Below the pieces are notes generated by a model, which did no database searches, was not told where the DNA came from, and worked only from the letters and a program-made list of their open reading frames with translations. A stretch of 32,000 nucleotides of DNA from Aliivibrio fischeri ES114 (GTDB lineage Bacteria > Pseudomonadota > Gammaproteobacteria > Enterobacterales > Vibrionaceae), in NCBI RefSeq assembly GCF_000011805.1, contig NC_006840.2; one strand, 5' to 3'. The position numbers and the translations under genes are program-made. Within the stretch, counting starts at the first letter, position 1. Each line of letters starts with the position of its first letter. Below are positions 27,545 through 32,000 of the stretch, in pieces.

Positions 27545-28846
27545 ATGAACGAGTTAAAAAAATACGCGGCTATAGGTGGTGCAATCGCTCTTGTTGCTTG
27601 CTGGCCATTTGCAACAGGTAAGATTGGTGAAGCTATTTTTAAAGATGGGATTGCTTCTTATGATAATTCAGTTATCGCTATTGAAAATTTGTCTTATGAC
27701 CGTGGTTATTTAAGTTCTACTGCGCAAAGTCGAATTCATGTTGTTGATCCTGGTTTAAGTGCTGAGCTAGAACATGCTGGATATCCGACTGACATTATTG
27801 TGAATCATGAAATATCTCATGGTTTATTGTCGATCTCTTCGGTATCAACATTTGAAACTGAAGCCAATAAGTCTGATTTTATTAAAGGACTTAAGTTAAC
27901 TACTGAGAGTCAATTAACAGGCACAACTGATTTACTTCTTTCAAGTCAAGATGCTAACTTTGTGAATGACGATTTGCGTGCACAGGGTGTTGAAAAATTA
28001 TTTGTTGCCGCAAGTGAAGTGTCGGCAACGGTACAAAAAGATGGCCAATTCTCTTTAGTTTATAACCTTCCTAAAACGGAATTACGTTTAGATAACCAGT
28101 CAGAATTTATTGTTGATAACGTAAAGGGTCAAAGTGTTGGTCATTATGTAGGTGATATCTTCATTGGTGAAGCAAACATCGGCATGGATAAATTGCTATT
28201 AAATGACGTAGAAGGTCAAAATCACAATGAAGTGAAAGGCTTTAACTATACGAGCATTAACCAAATCAAAGAAGTAAAAGATAAACCAGAAGACAATGTA
28301 CTTACCTCTAGCAATAAACTAACGATAAATGAAGTCGTTACGGATAGTGGTACGTTAGAAAATGGTGTTTTTGATTTAAGTTTTGAAGAGCTAAACTATG
28401 ATGCATTAATTAAGTTAGTTCCTCTATTACAAGAACAAGAAATCACGCCAGAAAAAGTACAACAACTGATGCTGTCTTTTGATTTACTTGCCGCTAAAGG
28501 TTTTAAAGTAAATTTAAATGAATTCAGTGCAGATGTACTAGGCAGTAAAGTGAATAGCCAAATTCTACTTACTTTACCAGCAGGGACAGCACGAGCCTCT
28601 CAAAATGCGAATAAATTAGTTCAAACATTACAAGGCAGTTCTGAGTTAGTTATTGCGAAAAAATTGGTAGATGAAACGCCAGAACTTCGTATGCAAATGG
28701 ATGAATTACTAGTTAATGAATTTGCAACGGAAGAGGGCGATAATTATCGTTTATCTGCGAAGATTGCTAACGGTCAAATTGAGTTACCAAATGGTCAAAA
28801 AATGCCTCTATTTATGCTATTAGGCTTTTTAACTTATCTTCGTTAA
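27545..28846 (+). CDS. DUF945/YdgA-like protein
   Basis: MNELKKYAAIGGAIALVACWPFATGKIGEAIF..; SRIHVVDPG.., long soluble domain; ATG at 27545 preferred over the non-ATG start at 27533. Confidence 0.82.
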   Translation: MNELKKYAAIGGAIALVACWPFATGKIGEAIFKDGIASYDNSVIAIENLSYDRGYLSSTAQSRIHVVDPGLSAELEHAGYPTDIIVNHEISHGLLSISSVSTFETEANKSDFIKGLKLTTESQLTGTTDLLLSSQDANFVNDDLRAQGVEKLFVAASEVSATVQKDGQFSLVYNLPKTELRLDNQSEFIVDNVKGQSVGHYVGDIFIGEANIGMDKLLLNDVEGQNHNEVKGFNYTSINQIKEVKDKPEDNVLTSSNKLTINEVVTDSGTLENGVFDLSFEELNYDALIKLVPLLQEQEITPEKVQQLMLSFDLLAAKGFKVNLNEFSADVLGSKVNSQILLTLPAGTARASQNANKLVQTLQGSSELVIAKKLVDETPELRMQMDELLVNEFATEEGDNYRLSAKIANGQIELPNGQKMPLFMLLGFLTYLR

Positions 28847-28862
28847 TTCATTTATATTTATA

Positions 28863-28896
28863 CAAATAGCTCACTTTGGTGGGCTATTTTTTTAAT
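28863..28896 (+). terminator. Rho-independent terminator
   Basis: AAATAGCTCAC-TTTG-GTGGGCTATTTTTTTA. Confidence 0.85.
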
Positions 28897-29043
28897 TAAT
28901 ATTTTTAATTTGAATCTGTCATCGTTATAGATTTAGTGAAATAGATCACTTTCTGATTCCTTTATGAGATGAAAGGTGTTATTAATTTCGTAATCATTTT
29001 TTGTCAGATAGTGTTGTAAACATCAACAGGAGTTTTAAGAAAC

Positions 29044-30126
29044 ATGGAAAAAGTATTTAACTTTTGTGCTGGACCAGCAATGTTACCAGTAGACGTTCTC
29101 GCCCAAGCTCAAAAGGAATTGGTAAATTGGAACGGCTTAGGCACATCTGTGATGGAAATAAGTCACCGTAGTAAAGAGTTTATTAAAGTCGCTGAAGAAT
29201 CAGAGCAAGATTTGCGTGATTTATTGGCCATTCCAGACAACTATAAAGTATTGTTTTGCCAAGGTGGTGCCAGAGCTCAGTTTGCTGCTGTACCTTTAAA
29301 TTTATTGGGCGGTAATACTAAAGCTGATTATGTTGATGCAGGTTATTGGGCTCAAAGTGCGGTTGAAGAAGCGCAAAAATATTGTACTCCAAATGTCATT
29401 AATACCATTATTGATGTTGATGGTAAAAAAGCGGTTCAACCTGCTTCTGAGTGGGCATTAAGCGATGATGCTGTGTATGTTCATTTTTGTCCAAATGAAA
29501 CTATCGATGGAATAGAGATTAATGATTTACCAGTAACAGACAAACCGATTGTTGCTGATATGTCTTCAACTATCTTGTCTCGTAAAATCGATGTGTCGAA
29601 ATACGGTGTTATTTATGCCGGAGCACAGAAGAATATTGGTCCTGCGGGCTTAACGATTGTTATTGTACGTGATGATTTATTGGATTTAGCCTCTCAAACA
29701 CTGCCTAGTGTATTAAATTATGGCGTTTTGGCTGATAAAGAATCTATGTTCAATACGCCTCCAACATACGCTTGGTACCTTGCGGGATTAGTTTTCAAAT
29801 GGTTGAAATCTAATGGTGGTATTGATGCAATGGAAACACACAACCGTAAGAAAGCAGCGGTTCTGTACGATTACATTGATCAATCTGATTTTTACCGTAA
29901 CGATGTGCATTCTGATAACCGTTCATTAATGAACGTACCATTTCAACTGGCAAACCCAGAGCTTGATACGAAGTTTCTTGAATTAGCAGATGAAGCGGGT
30001 TTAAAAGCATTGAAAGGACACCGAGTTGTCGGTGGTATGCGTGCTTCAATTTATAATGCAATGCCATTAGAAGGTGTTGAAGCGCTTGTGCAATTTATGA
30101 AAGAGTTTGAAGAGAAGTACGTTTAG
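29044..30126 (+). CDS. serC: Phosphoserine aminotransferase
   Basis: [59 protein letters not shown]. Confidence 0.98.
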   Translation: MEKVFNFCAGPAMLPVDVLAQAQKELVNWNGLGTSVMEISHRSKEFIKVAEESEQDLRDLLAIPDNYKVLFCQGGARAQFAAVPLNLLGGNTKADYVDAGYWAQSAVEEAQKYCTPNVINTIIDVDGKKAVQPASEWALSDDAVYVHFCPNETIDGIEINDLPVTDKPIVADMSSTILSRKIDVSKYGVIYAGAQKNIGPAGLTIVIVRDDLLDLASQTLPSVLNYGVLADKESMFNTPPTYAWYLAGLVFKWLKSNGGIDAMETHNRKKAAVLYDYIDQSDFYRNDVHSDNRSLMNVPFQLANPELDTKFLELADEAGLKALKGHRVVGGMRASIYNAMPLEGVEALVQFMKEFEEKYV

Positions 30127-30150
30127 GTATTGCTCTTATTAACTGATACG

Positions 30151-30187
30151 AAAAAGCCGATATGATGATGCTCATATCGGCTTTTTT
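30151..30187. terminator. Bidirectional terminator between serC and cydC
   Basis: AAAAAGCCGATATGA-TGATGC-TCATATCGGCTTTTTT. Confidence 0.9.
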
Positions 30188-30215
30188 ATATTCTTAGGTT
30201 ATCTATCTAAGGTAA

Positions 30216-31937
30216 TTAAAAGCGTTGCCATAATTGGTGGTAAGCACCTTTAAGAGATAGGAGGCTATCATGTGTACCTTGCTCAACGATTTCACCGTGA
30301 TCCATCAAACAAATATGATCCATCTGTTCTAGGTTCACAAGACGGTGTGTAATAAACACAACGGTTTTATGTTCAATGTGTTTATTAAGTACCGACATGA
30401 TTTGTTGTTCGGTTTTTTGATCTAAACCTTCTGTTGGTTCATCCAATAGCACAATAGGTGCATCATGTAATAACGCTCGTGCAATTCCAATTCGGCGACG
30501 TTCACCACCAGAGAGTTGTCGGCCACCATCGCCTAACCAAGCATTCAGACCTTCGTCGGTTGTTAAATCTTCCAAACCAACTTGATTTAACGTTTCCGTC
30601 AGTTTTTCATCGCTTGCTGTATCATCGGCAAGCAGTAAGTTATCTCGCAGAGAGCCATTTAAAATATCCACTCGTTGGCTTACCACTGACATTGCACTAC
30701 GAAGATTCGCTTCTTTCCATTTAGGTAACTTCACACCATCAATAGCGATGTAGCCTGATTTAGGATCCCACTGACGAGTTAGCAACTGTAGTAAGGTTGA
30801 TTTACCAGAGCCAGTTTGACCTACAATGGCCATTTTTTGTCCTGCAAGTAGATCAAGTGAGATGGCATTAATTGCATTGGTATCGGCATCCATGTATTGG
30901 TAATCAACATTTGAGATGGTTAAATTACCTTTGATGGCTTGATCAACGCCGTTTTCATCAAAGACAGTATCAGGTTCTGCTGTGATGATTTCATTCAGGC
31001 GACGAGCCGAGCTTAGTGTTTGTCCTAGATATTGAAAGGCACCCGCTATTGGCATAAGCAGTTCAAAACTTGCCATTGTCGCAAATGCAACCATCGCAAC
31101 CATAGGGTCAGGCGTCATTCCTGCAATACCGTCGCCTGCAATCCACAACATTAATAGTAGCGTCCAGCCATTAGCTAGCAGTAATAGACCATTTGCTAAT
31201 CCTGTTAATGCTGCCATGCGGTGTTGGTTAGCTAATAGTGCAGTTTGTGCATCAAGAATGCGTTGACGGTATTGAGCTTCCGCACCAAAAATGCGTAATT
31301 CAGCATTACCTTGTAGCCAATCTAAGGTTTTGATCCTCAGTATTGCTTTATTTTGAGTTAGCTCTGAGCCATTGTGCTTACCTAACTTGTAGAATAGCGT
31401 TGGCCAGATTAGCAATAAAGAAAGTAAAATAGCACCAAGAGTTAGGCCGATAGTGATATCAAACCATGCAAGAAATGCAGTCAGTCCAATAATACCTAAA
31501 GTACCGACAATAATTGGGCTAACTAAACGTAAATATACATGGTCCATTGCATCAACATCAGCAACAAGACGGTTTAATAAATCCGCATCACGTAGCTTTG
31601 AGAAACGACCTGGGATAAGCGGTATTAGTTTCTTAAAGAAGAAAATACGTAATTCAGTTAGTAGTTTGAATGTGGCGTTGTGGCTAACAACACGTTCGCC
31701 CCATCGTCCAGCAGTACGGCCAATAGAGAAACCACGAACGGCACCGGCTGGAAGCATATAGTTGAATGTTTCTCTTGCAATGGTTAAACCTGCAATAGCT
31801 GAAGCTGAGATAAACCAGCCAGAAATTGTTAGCAAACCAATAGAAGCAAACAAAGTAGCAAAGCTGAGTAGCATACCAAGCGTTAAGCCGAACCAATGTT
31901 TTTTATAGAGTTTGATATAAGGAAGTAAATCACGCAT
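30216..31937 (-). CDS. cydC: Cysteine/glutathione ABC exporter subunit CydC
   Basis: MRDLLPYIKLYKKHWFGLTLG..SIGLLTISGWFISASAIAG plus ABC domain (GQTGSGKST, LSGGERRRIGIARALL). ATG at 31937 preferred. Confidence 0.95.
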   Translation of the reverse strand: MRDLLPYIKLYKKHWFGLTLGMLLSFATLFASIGLLTISGWFISASAIAGLTIARETFNYMLPAGAVRGFSIGRTAGRWGERVVSHNATFKLLTELRIFFFKKLIPLIPGRFSKLRDADLLNRLVADVDAMDHVYLRLVSPIIVGTLGIIGLTAFLAWFDITIGLTLGAILLSLLLIWPTLFYKLGKHNGSELTQNKAILRIKTLDWLQGNAELRIFGAEAQYRQRILDAQTALLANQHRMAALTGLANGLLLLANGWTLLLMLWIAGDGIAGMTPDPMVAMVAFATMASFELLMPIAGAFQYLGQTLSSARRLNEIITAEPDTVFDENGVDQAIKGNLTISNVDYQYMDADTNAINAISLDLLAGQKMAIVGQTGSGKSTLLQLLTRQWDPKSGYIAIDGVKLPKWKEANLRSAMSVVSQRVDILNGSLRDNLLLADDTASDEKLTETLNQVGLEDLTTDEGLNAWLGDGGRQLSGGERRRIGIARALLHDAPIVLLDEPTEGLDQKTEQQIMSVLNKHIEHKTVVFITHRLVNLEQMDHICLMDHGEIVEQGTHDSLLSLKGAYHQLWQRF

Positions 31938-32000
31938 CGAGATCACCTTGCACTGGTTGTTTTGCCGCTAGCATATTCGCAAATAGGCCAGAATCTTTTA
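31930..32000 (-). CDS. cydD: 3' end of cydD, overlapping the cydC start by 8 nt; continues off the window
   Basis: Minus-strand frame ends ..KDSGLFANMLAAKQPVQGDLDA*, with the TGA at 31930-31932 inside cydC. Confidence 0.85.
   Translation of the reverse strand, partial: KDSGLFANMLAAKQPVQGDLDA

Noticed and set aside
1-32000. CRISPR array, prophage, integron, toxin-antitoxin or anti-phage defence island
   Set aside because: No regularly spaced direct repeats, integrase/transposase or known defence-domain proteins were seen; gene content is ordinary vibrio core/housekeeping apart from the regulatory RNA and leader signals reported.

Overview
The window is a 32 kb chromosomal segment, inferred to be Vibrionaceae and most likely Aliivibrio-like from gene content and AT-rich composition. 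No prophage, transposase, CRISPR, rRNA or tRNA was recognised. On the minus strand it opens with secD2 (5' part), preceded by a 178-189 aa secretory ORF. Next come LysR + EmrAB-type pump, rsuA, Bcr-type MFS + DUF2913-like protein, SDR/DUF2867 protein, an ABC/FtsX/AttH-like operon, nhaA, fabV, ybjL, grxA, hexR, a panP-like PLP decarboxylase, lysO, an HDOD protein, tfoX, a small outer-membrane protein, a DUF945/YdgA-like protein, serC, cydC and the 3' end of cydD. The strongest signal is at 1190-1892. The ORF upstream of secD2 has a signal peptide and ends in SRVSAWKESNLLYSHRLFPAA, which resembles the arrest motif of VemP (Vibrio secretion monitor, HRISGWKETNAMY...). The vemP-secD2 leader has an 11-bp hairpin that sequesters the secD2 Shine-Dalgarno. 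It also has a perfect 9-nt complementarity between the vemP stop-codon region and the secD2 ribosome-binding region. The C-terminal half of the arrest peptide diverges from the Vibrio consensus as I recall it, so this may be a variant force/secretion sensor. Secondary signals are two tandem diverged minus-strand structured units with terminators and an unannotated 47-aa ORF between nhaA and fabV, an SD-sequestering 5' UTR on tfoX, and a dispersed ATACCAAT-ended palindromic repeat family, one copy of which lies in the vemP-secD2 leader.
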